Part shown: in pieces, positions 1 to 12,900 of the stretch
Position numbering within the stretch: position 1 is the first letter of the stretch
Layout of the letters: every line of letters begins with the position of its first letter
NCBI GenBank assembly: GCA_040954595.2
Contig: CM082576.2
Location: forward strand, 1,102,648 to 1,166,647
DNA: 64,000 nt
Direction of reading: 5' to 3'
Origin: Balanoglossus misakiensis
Taxonomy: Eukaryota > Animalia > Hemichordata
Made by a program: the position numbers and the translations under genes
Notes under the pieces: model-generated
Told to the model about the DNA's origin: nothing
The model's database searches: none
Seen by the model: only the letters and a program-made list of their open reading frames with translations

Positions 1-112
1 ACTTGACAAGATGATATATTGGTGTGACATGGAGTTCACCTGTTGAGTATTTCCTTATTGATTATCTCACATCATCATCATCATCTCTATGGCATTTCCA
101 TGTCCATTTCAG

Positions 113-253
113 GTGCGATGGGCAGATATTGAGGAGAGGAAAGACCAGGAAAAGAAGAGAGCTCTTGGATTTGTTGTTGGACAGACTGATTGGGACAAAA
201 TGACAGATGACTCCTATGCTCACAGAGCTCTCAACAGAACAAAACTTATTTAA
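113..253 (+). CDS. YLPM1: YLP motif-containing protein 1 (ZAP3), last coding exon; gene continues upstream of the window
   Basis: Acceptor ttcAG at 111-112. The exon reads VRWADIEERKDQEKKRALGFVVGQTDWDKMTDDSYAHRALNRTKLI* (TAA 251-253). This closely matches the YLPM1 C-terminus as I recall it (RVRWADLEEKK...AIGFVVGQTDW...ALNRTKYI), including the RVRW PP1-binding motif. It is absent from the ORF track because it has no start codon. Confidence 0.9.
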   Translation: MRWADIEERKDQEKKRALGFVVGQTDWDKMTDDSYAHRALNRTKLI

Positions 254-273
254 TATTTTGTCTGTTTCTCTTG

Positions 274-480
274 GTAAGTTTATCAAATGTTATGTTAATT
301 ATTAATCGAACTTACAATATTGTGTTTGGATTGGATTTCATTTTAAGATATCCTCAAACACTACCAAGTATTGGTTTCTCCTACAAGTTTCATATATAGA
401 GAATTGACACTTTACTTCACGATAGTGCATTTCCATATATATTATCTCTGATGTGGTTTCACATCTTTTTATATCCTCAG
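274..480 (+). other. Putative intron in the YLPM1 3'UTR
   Basis: Consensus donor TTG|GTAAGT at 274, 20 nt after the stop. A polypyrimidine tract and CAG acceptor end at 480. AATAAA occurs downstream at 561 and 1606. Confidence 0.6.
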
Positions 481-2029
481 ATTTATCATCATCAAAACAG
501 ACTGAAGAAATGATAATTTGTAGGAATACACCTGAAGATTAACTGAGCAGGTGTCCACTGAATAAAGTGCAAAGGAACTTTTGCTGGTGGCTTTGCATTG
601 AGACAGATCAGATGGAGCATTTGAGTGACTGGACAGGATCAAGAGGTTGCAGTGCAGATCACCAACTGGACACCAAAATTATGTAAATTGAATTATTTAG
701 AAAAATTTAAATCAAATACTTAGTTTGCTATGCTAATTGCCAATATCAAAAGTAAACACATTTCTTGTGCCAAGTTGGTGTGTTTGTGTTGCCATAGTGA
801 AGGTTGAATTGTGACTGTTTCTACTCTTGTAGCTGTCTTTGTCATTCTTTAGATGGAGCTGTGACTGTGACGGTTATGTGTGCCTTGTGCTTCACAGCAT
901 AGACTTCAATTTTGCCTTCAAATCCCCCCCCCCCCAATTCTCTGGAAACATGGTCTTTAATTTAAAAAGTGTAGAAAGATTGCACCAGTTGCCATATTAA
1001 TGGTTCTACAATTTGGATTTGTTGAAGGCTGGCAGTAAAATGACCTCTCATGTGTAAACATATCTTGTGGTATTGACACAGGATATTACACCAATGATTT
1101 GTGGGTATTAACCAACACTGGTACACCATTTATAAAAGAACTCTGCTATGGATTAATGGACTAGCAAAACATGCTATGTAATCTAAATGATTGATGTGTC
1201 TGTAGTGAAGTATCCGAAATCAGAGGAAATCTGAGGTTGCTATTTATCTTCATTTTGTCTCTGTCAATTAAGGAAGTTATTGCGTCAGAACCAGTGTTGT
1301 TGATGGCTAACTACCGTACATCAGTTCTTGTAACATTGTTTGCCTTAAGTGCATACTTTACCATAATACTGCCAATTATTTCAACTCAGATTTTATTTCT
1401 AGCTTAATTCCAGCATGGTTAAATGGTGCATAAATTGGCCTTGTACATTAATCATTTTCATGAGAAGATATAAACAGAGGGCTTGTAACTTGAGAACCAT
1501 AGTTCTCTGATATTTCAGAGTCTATGCTTATTTTGTCTATATGTTGCTTCCAGTGTGAAAAGAAATTTTTTACAATTTTAGGAAGTATTTGTATTTTGTT
1601 TTTGAAATAAAGTGTCCCACTTGCAAGAATATACACAACTAAAGTTTCAATGAGTCCTGTCAACCTTCTCTAGTAGCATTTAATTCGAACTAATTAATTC
1701 TCAGGGAACCTAAATACAAGTTGTAGCTGCATTAAAACGAAAAAATTTTGTTGCATACATTTTCGTCCAGTGAAGTAGTATCCTGTCAGGTCATGATTGA
1801 GCAGAGAGAAGACCGTCCTTAGTTTTGTAATTTTCGAATGCGTACATTGGTTTATTTTCAAGCATCTTCGTGGCAATGTCAAATGTGCTAAATATCCGAT
1901 CAGGCTGGGCCGGTCACCACGGGCAACGCGACTCTCCAAATACCTTGTGTTTGACCCCCCCCCCCAGGGTCATTAAGGGTCAATACTTTAAAGACCCATG
2001 CGGTACCGCGCCCTGCACCAAAAACAACC

Positions 2030-3491
2030 ATGGACAACATTCCTGCGGTCAACTTTTCAGCTGTGAATTCGCATTCAAACACAATGGACGGAGCAGAGTC
2101 AGGAAGCAAGGATAGGCGTTCCACTGACAATCATAAAGGAAGACTGACTAAACGGAAGAACACCTGTTTACTACAAAGGTTAGATGACTACAGTCACTCC
2201 AAGCGACGGCCACGTGTCAACCCTTCACGATTTGCAGGTGTTATCACATTCCCTACTCCACAAAACCAAAATGGACTATTTCTGGTCACTGCTGCAGAAG
2301 AAAGGGCACTGGCAATATGGTGCAATGAAATTGTCAGAAGAGATATTGAACTGACTCGACAAAATATCATAGAAACTGTTGAAGTAATAATCCAACGAAA
2401 AATGGTCAAGCTGAAAAGGTCGGGTAGTGATATACCGCAAAGAATTCCCAGATCGACGGCAATAAACTGGTTTAATGGTTTTACAGAAAGATATGGAAAG
2501 TTCAATCTTGGAAAAGGATGCACATTTCTGGCGAATAATGAAGAACAGCAACAAACCAGCGAAGAGGCAGTTGGCCCAGACATCTTGAGCTGCGATGAAT
2601 TTTGTGAGGTTGAAGAGACAGAAAAGGGTTCGATCCTCTTCATCAGGAATTCTATTATAACCCGGTAAGTTAGAAATGCTACAAACAGATGTTATGCGTG
2701 TACTTTTCAAATGCCTGGTTTGTTTTGTTGAGATCGTTGACAAGTCTAGACAACCCAAACAGCAACCATGTACGAGTTTATCAGCAGTTGTTTCCGAAAA
2801 CGAATATTTGGGGGTTTCATTAATTTTGATATCGTGCCATTTATAACATAATTGGATGTGTGCTTCTTTCTTGTTCAGCTGCCAACAGTTTGAAATAACT
2901 CCACCAAGACAACTAAACATGCAGGTTCTACCAGAATACGGCAGTAAAAACGGCATGATGGTCTGGATACCACCACTTAGCGGGATTCGACCCATAGAGA
3001 TTCGCACAACGCTTGTGCATAAAAAAGCTGGACTGAGACTAAGAGATGTTGCCGAGATGCCGATAGGTTATGCCCCTCAGATTATCGATAAAGCTCTCAG
3101 GAAAATCATCAGTGACGGATTGGCTACCAAAATCACGTGGTAAGTATCATGTACAGGCGGAGTAATTTAATTATGCTTTATAGAATACCAGATCCTTGGT
3201 GTTAATTCTACATTTTCTCATTTCACATATACATGTATTTGGGAGAAACGGAACATTCATGTTGTAAACGTGTGTATTTTTTACAGTCGAGTTACTGGCG
3301 GTCTTCGTACAAGTACCATGCCTTGGAGATCAGAAGATCACGGCAGATATGTCTTGCCAACAGATTACTACATCCATCTGGTAGAGGGCCGAGAGCAAGA
3401 AACGCGGAGAGTGGTCCAACAATTCGTCAGTTTTTGTAGTGAGACCAGAGAGACCTTAAAATGGTTGATGGACAACACAGTTGACTGTTGA
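2030..3491 (+). CDS. CENP-B/pogo-type HTH plus HIRAN-like domain protein, 366 aa; exons 2030-2664, 2879-3139, 3287-3491
   Basis: Two phase-2 introns (CG|GTAAGT...ttcAG|C and TG|GTAAGT...tacAG|T) join three ORF-track segments in frame, 1101 nt in total. Exon 1 has EERALAIWCNEIVRRDIELTRQNII...NWFNGFTERY, a CENP-B/Tc5 HTH pattern. Exons 2-3 have IGYAPQII...KITCRVTG...GRYVLP, resembling the HIRAN-like GHVP...ITCxVTG...GLEIP pattern. Confidence 0.8.
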
Positions 3492-3521
3492 CGTAAGAAA
3501 CTTAAACCTGAAAAATATCGA

Positions 3522-3527
3522 AATAAA
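3522..3527 (+). terminator. Polyadenylation signal of the HTH-HIRAN gene
   Basis: AATAAA 30 nt after the TGA stop at 3489-3491. Confidence 0.55.
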
Positions 3528-5439
3528 TTTCATAAGAGGGCGCTGCAGTGCGTAACAGTGTTTCGCATAGTCTAGTTGGTTGACGCAATTCTAACGCTTT
3601 TCCTTGCGCTGTCAATCTGTAATGAAGTAATGTCACACAACATGCGTCTCTTCCCAAGATCCTCTCGTTTTGTCATCTTGCGCGGTAAATGGGTAAAAAC
3701 TGTCCCTTCGACAAAAAAAGCGCCTGCCTCCAAATCAGTTTTCTAACTCGCAACACGTGTACATGTTGCCTATGCTAAATAGTGCCCTCTCGAGATCCTA
3801 TTAACTGCTTTTGTTTTCATCAAGTTTGTCATCACGATGCGCCAACAGCGAACAGAGAATGAATTGGTTGGAAGTCATTAGTTCAAAAGCGCGTGGGATT
3901 TCTTTGGGGGAATATTATGTATGAGCGGGGATTGGAAACAGGATACAGTTCTAAATCGGTCCCTTGATGTCGCTGCAGTGCTCTTTTTCATGTTTTCAGA
4001 GTCTGACTTTGATGTCACTTTAAATAGGTCAAGAAATCGTTCACCTGTTGCCTTTCATCTACTGAGCAGAAGTCTACGTGACCTAAAACAGTTAAAGTAT
4101 AATTCACTTTCCATTGAATATGAGAAACAAAGAAAAACCATAGTTTTAAAGAAATGGATATCTGGACATGCAATATGCTGATTACGATACACGCCTGTTC
4201 TATTAAATTAAATAAGGGAGTCAAGTGTAATACGATTACATATCAAAGACATAAGGTGTCACTTTCTGGAAGAAGACACAACAGATTGACAAAAATTTAG
4301 ATATAGGATCAAAAAGGGGTTACATGATTGTGTCTGACTGTAATGAAAGCCGACATCCTTTGGAAAGCGACTTCTTCTTTTTTTCACATTATTACAATCC
4401 ATACGTGACACTGTTCTTTGACGCGGTGAAATATCGAACAACAATCCAGCGTTATTCTCGGTCAATTTCACAACGAGACATCTCCAACCGTAAGTCGAAA
4501 AGGAGGTTCAGTTAAATATTTAAATACAATCAACTGGAAATAGAGAGATCATGCATAGAAGAGAAGTTTATGAATCCTGTTAAACTCTCTTGAAATCACA
4601 CAAACATACGCGCACATTTCACTGACTCCACGTATGGTGGATCAACATAACTATAGACAGATGTTCGATTGTATTATAAGCTAGGGCTAGGTTAATATAG
4701 CATTCGTGTGTTCTCGCTTTTGCTCACTGCAAAGGCAAAAAAACACGAAGGCCAGTTTCTAGACTATCGAAATATTGGCCTATAGGCTACAACTATATGA
4801 CTTTATGAACCAGAGCTCTAGTCTTCGTCTCGATGTATAAGAACAAGTTGGAAGTTGATTACATTTAAGACTACTGATATGTTTACCCATGTAGCATATT
4901 GTTATGGAAGTGTTGCAAAAAGAGGCGCTCTGGGCACCGTGATCCACAATGGATCTGATCTTTCGGATAAATGTATTGAACTGTTTCGTACTTTTCTACA
5001 AACAATCCGTTATTGTTTTTAGTTGTCTCATTTGAAAAGGCTTGTCGTGCGAGCTTTTTCCCCACCTTGCACAAATATCTATATGATATGATATGATTTA
5101 CAGTACATGTACATGCATCATCAGCGTTCCTATATGTTACACTCATATTCAGGTTGCAAGAAGAATAAGACAGTAAAGAGAATAACATGCACATTCTTTG
5201 TCGTAAAATTACTCAAATATATAAAAAGACACTAACTTTGTTGGCAAAGAATAGAAAGGAATTGAGACATTAATAGTGACATCATTTTGAACCTCAAGCA
5301 ATGGACATTGTACATAATATTCAGTTTTCCTTATTTACATCCGGACCACAACATTATGATTTAGTGTAGACTTTCTCATGTAATCATGGCCAGGTATGGC
5401 TTCTGATGAATATTTGTTCATTTACCAGACACAAGTTGG

Positions 5440-6942
5440 TTATACATTTGTTATGTATACGGTGGGTGGGTGGGAATTGGAACCATGGTTCTCCAGCGAT
5501 TGAAGAACCCATGGCGATGGACAATCGTCTTCTGAATTTGTTTCTGAATCTAAACCTGTGACGGAATGGCGTTTATCAATGTTCAACAATGTGTTGTTAT
5601 GGTAATAATCATCCGTTGTATCACGTGGTATATGGAAAATATGTTCTGATGTAGAGTCTGGCTGTTTATGGTTAATCGTTGATTGGCATCTGCCCATAAG
5701 TTGTGGGATGTTAGTTTTGTTTTCGTTGGCGCCAGAGATTTGGTGATCTGGCACGACGTTTGGCGAAGAATCTTCTCCCCTTAGAATATGCCCCGAATTT
5801 GATTTCGGTGATATGTTGTAATCATGGAGATCGGCAGCCTGAGATAGGCAATGCTCACTCTCCTCACCATACTCGCCACAGACACTCTCCGGGGATTTCA
5901 CTTTTCGAAATTTATTCAGTACTTCTTCTTCAAAGCAGATATCTTGTCTGTCAGTGACCAAAGATAGGCAAACATAATTAGCGTCTTCGGGATTATCAGC
6001 ATCGATATCTGTGAATTCATTCTGAGTTCCGGTTGTGGCTTGTAAGTCCTCTGGAACATCTGCGGCTAATGTTCTTGGCGTACTTTCTGTCAGCAATGGT
6101 TGTCCCGCCTGACCATTCTCTCCTTTCTCAGAAAGAGATTCGCTTTGATTCTTCCACCTGCCTGAATCTGGGCTTGGTGACGACTGTTTGGTTTCTTCGA
6201 CAAAGACCGTCGGGCAAAAGTTATATTGAGTTGGGTTACCGAAATGCACTATGGGTACAAACAGACGTTGTTGCTGATCGTGAAGTTGACTTTTGGGGAT
6301 TGAGTGTCTGGCAGGTTCACCCTTTGACCTTTGTCTCTCTGATGATGCTGGTGGTGGTGTACTAGAACTTCTTGTCAAAGAATAGTGGTCTTTTCTAAAT
6401 GAAAGGGTGAAACTATTTCCCTTGCTTTTTCTTTTTTCGCGGTATTTTTTCTCCTTCTGCTGGTTATTTCGTTTACTTCTAGATGTTTTATTTGGGTCAC
6501 CTTCTGAGGAACCTCTGTCAGTGTGTTTTCCTGGAGCGAATACATTGTCACCTGAGGTAGTTCCACCAGCAGGTTCAGTTGCAGCGCCCCCTGGAGGATC
6601 TTGCAGATTATCATCTCTGTCGGCGCTGGATCGACCAGACGACATCAATGTTGGGTTGCGAGCAAGTCGGTGGCCGTACGTAGACGACGATCGCTGCCGA
6701 CAAGTGAATACTTGTATTCCGATGTGCTTGAAGCCTTCTCGGAATTTCTCGGACATGATGGCATAGATAACCGGATTTATGGAGGAATTGGCAAAACCTA
6801 AAAGGTGATTTAACATCGAAGCGAAGATGAAGTTTCGTTCTCGCCATACCATCGGTTTGAAGATAGTCACCATACTGCTGACGTAATGTGGCGCCCAACA
6901 AGTGCAGAACGCTATCACCACCACAATAACCATCTTTGCCAA
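5440..6942 (-). CDS. GPCR A exon 3 (TM6-TM7 and long C-tail)
   Basis: Acceptor tttttcAG|TTG at 6942. Reads LAKMVIVVVIAFCTCWAPHY...NPVIY...PPTVYITNV*. Confidence 0.93.
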   Translation of the reverse strand: MAKMVIVVVIAFCTCWAPHYVSSMVTIFKPMVWRERNFIFASMLNHLLGFANSSINPVIYAIMSEKFREGFKHIGIQVFTCRQRSSSTYGHRLARNPTLMSSGRSSADRDDNLQDPPGGAATEPAGGTTSGDNVFAPGKHTDRGSSEGDPNKTSRSKRNNQQKEKKYREKRKSKGNSFTLSFRKDHYSLTRSSSTPPPASSERQRSKGEPARHSIPKSQLHDQQQRLFVPIVHFGNPTQYNFCPTVFVEETKQSSPSPDSGRWKNQSESLSEKGENGQAGQPLLTESTPRTLAADVPEDLQATTGTQNEFTDIDADNPEDANYVCLSLVTDRQDICFEEEVLNKFRKVKSPESVCGEYGEESEHCLSQAADLHDYNISPKSNSGHILRGEDSSPNVVPDHQISGANENKTNIPQLMGRCQSTINHKQPDSTSEHIFHIPRDTTDDYYHNNTLLNIDKRHSVTGLDSETNSEDDCPSPWVLQSLENHGSNSHPPTVYITNV

Positions 6943-9900
6943 CTGAAAAACAAAAACAAAATACATTGAATCAGGAATGTTGTGTTAAAGAAATCATGCA
7001 TATGCATATTTTATATGGTCTCTCAACAACTCAGTGTGTTGGAGTACTGACGTCACTCATGAACCAATAATAGTATTCCTTGATTTCACTGTAATCCTGG
7101 GGAGTTTTCAATTGAAGTCGATCGTGAGTTGTAAAATGTGTGTGTTAATTGTTACGAGTGACAGAAGTATCGATCAGATTATTCTTGACAGTGGAATTCA
7201 ATTAAGACAAAAAAAATCTATACACGGTGTTGAAATTAGGTGACGTTATAGCCAGATAGTTGAGAGTTGATAGTCAAATGAACACGATCATGTATGAAAC
7301 CCTCAAGCCTCCATTCCTGACAACAGTGTGTGAAAATACGCGAGGGGGAACACGTTGAACACTATATAGAACATACTCAACTCAAAGTGCAATGCATTTT
7401 ATAGATATCAACTCTTTGCTTCTCAAATAACCACCATGCAAATTTACAGTTATTTTGAAAACCTGCATTCAAAGAAAAAAAGTAGGGTAAGATGTTAGGA
7501 ACAATTAATGGTGATCACTGGCCATTCCACCTACACCCAATTGCGTTGATTGCCTGCAAACTGCTGTTTATAGTCTACCTTTTATGACCATAGCCTGCGG
7601 ACCATGAGTCACGCACTTCATAAAGAAACGAAACTTAATACCCTTTCGAAAATCCAATTTAACTGGAAGTGAGTAATTTTGTTTAGAAATTGGGAAGTCC
7701 TGAACATTCACATAAATATATTGTGCCAGTATTACAATAATGTTACTCAATGGTAATTTCAAGGAGATAACTCTTACTTGCAGTTCTAAATTAAATAATT
7801 CATATTAAGACGATCGGACCAAGCCATCCACTATCCCCAGTGACAGAGGTAGATTTGATAATATTAGACATAAGTTTTCATTTGGGAATGAAACGTAGAT
7901 TCCGATCGTGATTGATATTGATGGTATAACGCATCTTCAACTTCACAAACACGTGCGGAATGCGATTCGCATTACAATGGTACATTCTGTGAATGGTGGC
8001 GAATGCAAATTGAAATTTTGTGTAAAACTATGTATTTGGTCTGGAATTTGTCCACGCCTTTTGGGACTTTATTAGTTTATGTTGGCATACTGTACAGGCA
8101 ACATCATCAAGGGGATTTTTGTGTGCGAAACCGAATCTACTAAACAGCATTTATGTTTATTGTGCATATATTCCAGCGTTGCAAAGGTCGCGAAAAAGAA
8201 TTTTGGGGAAATTACCCAAGATTCAACGCACCACACCCTAACTATCGCTGTGAAATTGTCCCATCCTTCACATTGAAAACTAAAGCGGAATTCGTAAAAA
8301 TATTCCTTAGATATTAACAAGATTTGAACAACAAAGAGTAAAAAAAAAACAACGAAATAAGATAATAATTAAAGCATCCGACACATGACGTAAAAACGCG
8401 ACACTTCGCAGAATCTGTTGGCAACAGGAATTCAAGGTGTGAACAGAGACACGCTCAGACAGTGAGAATGCATCCAAAAGGTTAGTTCAGAATGAAGTCA
8501 ACCTCTTAAAATTTACGGCTTCAAAATGAGTTCCCCTTTGCAACACATCCGAGGATTACAGTATTCGACGACAGTTAAAACTTCATCGGCAGTAATTGCT
8601 GTCCTTGAAGTCAAACGTTTGACGAGAAATATCACCACTAAATCGATGCCGGGGAACGACTTGCTAATGTGTGGCGACTCTCTCAACTGTTAATTCAATA
8701 ACATTCGATAAGTTGTGACGCTTCATGCATAGGAAAAAATCTTCTGAGACACAATTATGTAATTTGATACTGAGATGAGTGGATGATTTTGAAAAGCCAC
8801 TGACGCGTCGCGGAAGCTAATAATCAACTGCAACGTTCTCCGTAACGGAAGTTTCATATCGGCTCCCCTATTGCATTGACATCATTAAAATTCACAAATG
8901 GCTTGTCCCGTAGTATATCTGTCTCTGTTCACACTTCACTCATCCTTGCAGACCAACCAGTGTCCATTTTGATTTGCTGGAAGCTATGATTTAGTGGTGT
9001 GTTTGACAGCACACCTACGAGTTGAACAACTTATACGACGATAAACAGCCCAATCTTGTCTAAAATTGGAAATTTACTGTCAATAAATGTGCCGACTTTG
9101 ATTTGAACACCCACAATGGGATGGAGTGACCCATAGCTTACAGCGGTCATTTCTGCACCTGGCATAGAAGTTTGAGAGATTGACCTTTTGCAGCCAAGTA
9201 GAAGGGTTCCAGTCAATGCAAATCTGCATGAATACAAAGACATCTACCACCTGTGTAGAAGGAAACTGTTGTAATCTGATTGGTCAAGTACATGACTCGC
9301 TCTGCGCTATTGGCCAGCAAGAAGGCATTCAATCTATACATGCATGAGATTGGTGGAAAGCAATAGTTTTTGCATATTTAGATTATGTTCTTGCCACGTG
9401 GATGACCTGCCACGCCATTTTCGTGTTTGCCACTGGTCAGGATGGACCTTGTCAATTTCTCTGATATTTCGGATACTGTCTGCGATAGTGATATTGAACG
9501 GTTTGTGACACAGTTTGACCATGCCAATACGCTGCTCCAGCTCCCATGGACAGAAGACGAAGCCAAGAAAGACAAAGCAATTGTGGAAGGATTTACTCTA
9601 ACAAGAACGCAAGAAACCCGAGGAATCTGTAAGTAAACCAGTTTCTCCAGCGTTTGTTACAAAACAACACGACAAAAGAGAGAGAGATGGTCCCACCCGA
9701 AATGGTTTTAAAGCTACCTTGTTATAGGAGTTAGGGCGACTTGGTTGCAACTAGCAATTTACTGAGAGAACCTAAAATTAGCTGTATGAGATATGAGAAT
9801 TACTTAGTAAATTTACCGAAATATCTCACACAGGTCACATCAAACTCCGATTTATAAAATTTGAAATGCTATCATTAAGCCCCATCTAGCCCGTGATTCA

Positions 9901-12900
9901 TCTCTATGAAAATCAAACCGTGTTGCAATTCGATATGTAGGTGGTCAATTACAAGTAGGGATGAACGGCTTTAGTTTTGCTTCAGATTGGAAATTAATGG
10001 CGACACAAATCATACATTATGAGACAAAGTGCTTTGTTTTGTTGATTAAAAATAGATAGTTAAAACGGGTGAATATTTAGATTTATGTAACTATGGCCCA
10101 TTTATTCCCTTCGTCTTTCTTATTCGGATTAAACACTTGGGGAAACGGATCTTCATTGCGGCAAAACAGTTGCCCTTTGTTCACATTAAGTTTCATCAAT
10201 TAACTTGTCTCCTGCCGACGAGCGCACTGAGTTGATCCCTTTTGTGTGCCAGGTTTACTTGAGATAGAATCGGTCTCACATCACTGAGACACCGGCGGCA
10301 GAGTGAAAGTTGCCATAAACCCCATTTATAGTCTCTCAGCATTGCTGACGTCGTCTCGTCACAGACGTGTATGAAGAAACAGCTCTTGTCTGCCATAACT
10401 GTCAGCGTGTCATGGTGCTTCGAGCTTCGTTTCATGGCACTGTACTCACAGAATTCAAATCTACGAGTCAAAATGCATAAACTGACCGATAACAAATGGA
10501 GCCATAGCGCACTAAAATTCCTGACCTTCTTCAACCCTTCATTGCTGTCAACAGTTACATTTAAAGACGGTTCTATTTGATGGATTTGATGAACTGCGAT
10601 GGCGTCCTAACAACACTGTTCTGACTGGTGAATTGAGATATAAAGCTACTGTAACGTCGCTTTATGTGATTACCGACACTTGACAAGAGGAATTCTTTGA
10701 AAACCACTAAGTGTAACATTTAGTTACACATTCAAGACTCATCAAGCGATAAAAAATGTTGCCTTAATGAAAAATTAAAATTAAATCGCCAAGATAGTCA
10801 TGGCAAATGTTTGAATTGAGAAATTTATTTAGTTGAGAAATGTTTTAAATGGAAGTGACAAAATCGGTTATGTCCATCAGCCGTTCAATAGGCCACTTGT
10901 AAACGTCATCCTGCAAATCAAGTAGATCGTTAACGTTTCTCATAATAATGAAGATACAATTGAAATTGATCTGCCTTCTGTAAAAGGTAACCCATTTAGA
11001 ATAACTGTATGATTTATTTCTGATAAGTCTCATTTGAACGTGAATAACATTCAAAGTGACGATGAAACCTTTCAGTTATCGGTAAGCTTTACGCTTTACT
11101 CATAAAAAACAAGACGATTGTCCGTCTATAGAGTGTCGTTGCTGTCAAGAGAGACCCTTCTTTACCGAAAAGGTATCCCGGTAATAGGAGGCTGTTCTTA
11201 AATTACACCGGGTCAGTACATTTTGTAAATACGTTTGATTTGTTAAACAATCTGGCAGCTGTTCATATTCCAATGAGAGGAAACCAAGAACAAGAGAACA
11301 AGACTTTGGGAATTTATTAGTATCTTGCATGCGTGCTCATTGATTCCACGTGAAATCTACAAACAACACGACTGTCCAAAATTAATGACTCCTTTTGGAG
11401 ATGAAAATGGATGCCCGCGCAACAGTGCATACAGAATGATGGACAAGTCATATTTTATGCATATGTTATCAAATAGAGCAAAGCTACGCACGGTGTCAAT
11501 AAAAACCACGATGAAATCACGATAGCGCGCTTGGCAGTCCAAATGGAAAAGGCGGTAAAACAGGTCTTAGGGGTCATAAAATCATTTCCCTAATAAAAAC
11601 GCCGTGCCCAATAAACTTTCAAAGATATACGGTTCTTGAGCATATGCCGTGAGTGATACTAAAACGACTTTGAAGATTTAAAGCCATTAGTCCTGTGTTA
11701 CTTTGAGTTTGACAAGCAGCCTCAGTGAATTGCACACGTCTGCACATCATGTGCATTATTCAACATTCTTAGGAATAGAATTCACACATTGAAACAACAG
11801 GTAGACTTCTCAGGTTGTGTTACATACATTGTATCGTTTCAATAATCACAGATACAAAGCGGATTCCTGGCTCAGCATTGTCAGTTAAATAGTTCAGGCA
11901 AAATTATTGTTTGTGGAGTAGTTTGCATAAGTTTGGTTCAGGTTGGTTTTCATTAATTCTATTGCAGGTACATATCCTTGGCATCCCATGATTTCTTGAA
12001 TAGTACACAATATAAGGGCCTGCCCACTTTATAATTCAATCAAGTACTCACAAAGATAAATGTAAAATGAAGTAAGCACACTTAGTCACTGTGATTTTAA
12101 TAAATCATTCGTATGTCAACCCTGTCAATGAAGAATGCGCGGGTAGGTAAGCTAAAAATAAAATAATATTTGCCATATAAGCACTTGTTTTTAATGAGAT
12201 ATTAAATGTTAAGAGTCAGTCACCGTTGTAGGTTATTCTTTGAATGGTATTTTACTCACCAGATGTGAACTGAAAGTACCTCAGTGTTTAAAACATTCCG
12301 TAAATATGCGAATTAACAATTTCATCTCAATGACATTTTATTGCATAATGTACATGTACGTACCGAATGTTCACAGTAATGGCAGCTGCAGACGTGTTAA
12401 ACGGCTAAAACACCAAATGACGTTCTAATCACTGAGCCCTGTTATTCATAACTGTGTACTTGTAGTGATCAAGATATAACTTTGTGCATCGGTATTCAGT
12501 GAGCAATTTCAATGCCCCTCCCCTTCGACTAGTCTAAACTAGCGGCCGATACAGCTCCGATGTGATACTTTGCATATAAACAAGACAACGGCTTCATAAT
12601 TAAATCACCTCGTGGACCTGCAGGTAAATTCAAGGCAATCTGACGGACAGATCGCTTACAGCAAAGTCTTCCGTGTGTGAATATGGGGGCTAAAATGCGA
12701 GGCGGCACCCAGAAACATATCGATTTCAGTGTAAATTATTTACACCATACCGAAGTTCAAATACTTGGCTTTCTGAAAAATTAATGATTTGTATGTTAGG
12801 GTTCCCACGTTGTGAGTCAAGCTTGTTTATGGACATGTAATAACAGGTGATGCAATTATTATTCCAAATTAATACTAAATTTCGGCAGCTGTTCCACTTT

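Noticed and set aside
2194-3007. Minus-strand ORFs of 149 and 243 aa
   Set aside because: They are antisense shadows of the spliced + strand gene, cross its intron and show no motifs.
1700-3800. Intact pogo/Tigger transposon around the HTH gene
   Set aside because: There is no DDE catalytic domain and I found no terminal inverted repeats with a TA duplication.
5760-6901. Several short overlapping ORFs within GPCR A exon 3, and likewise at 33872-35427 and 39187-40596
   Set aside because: They are alternative-frame or antisense by-products of long coding exons.
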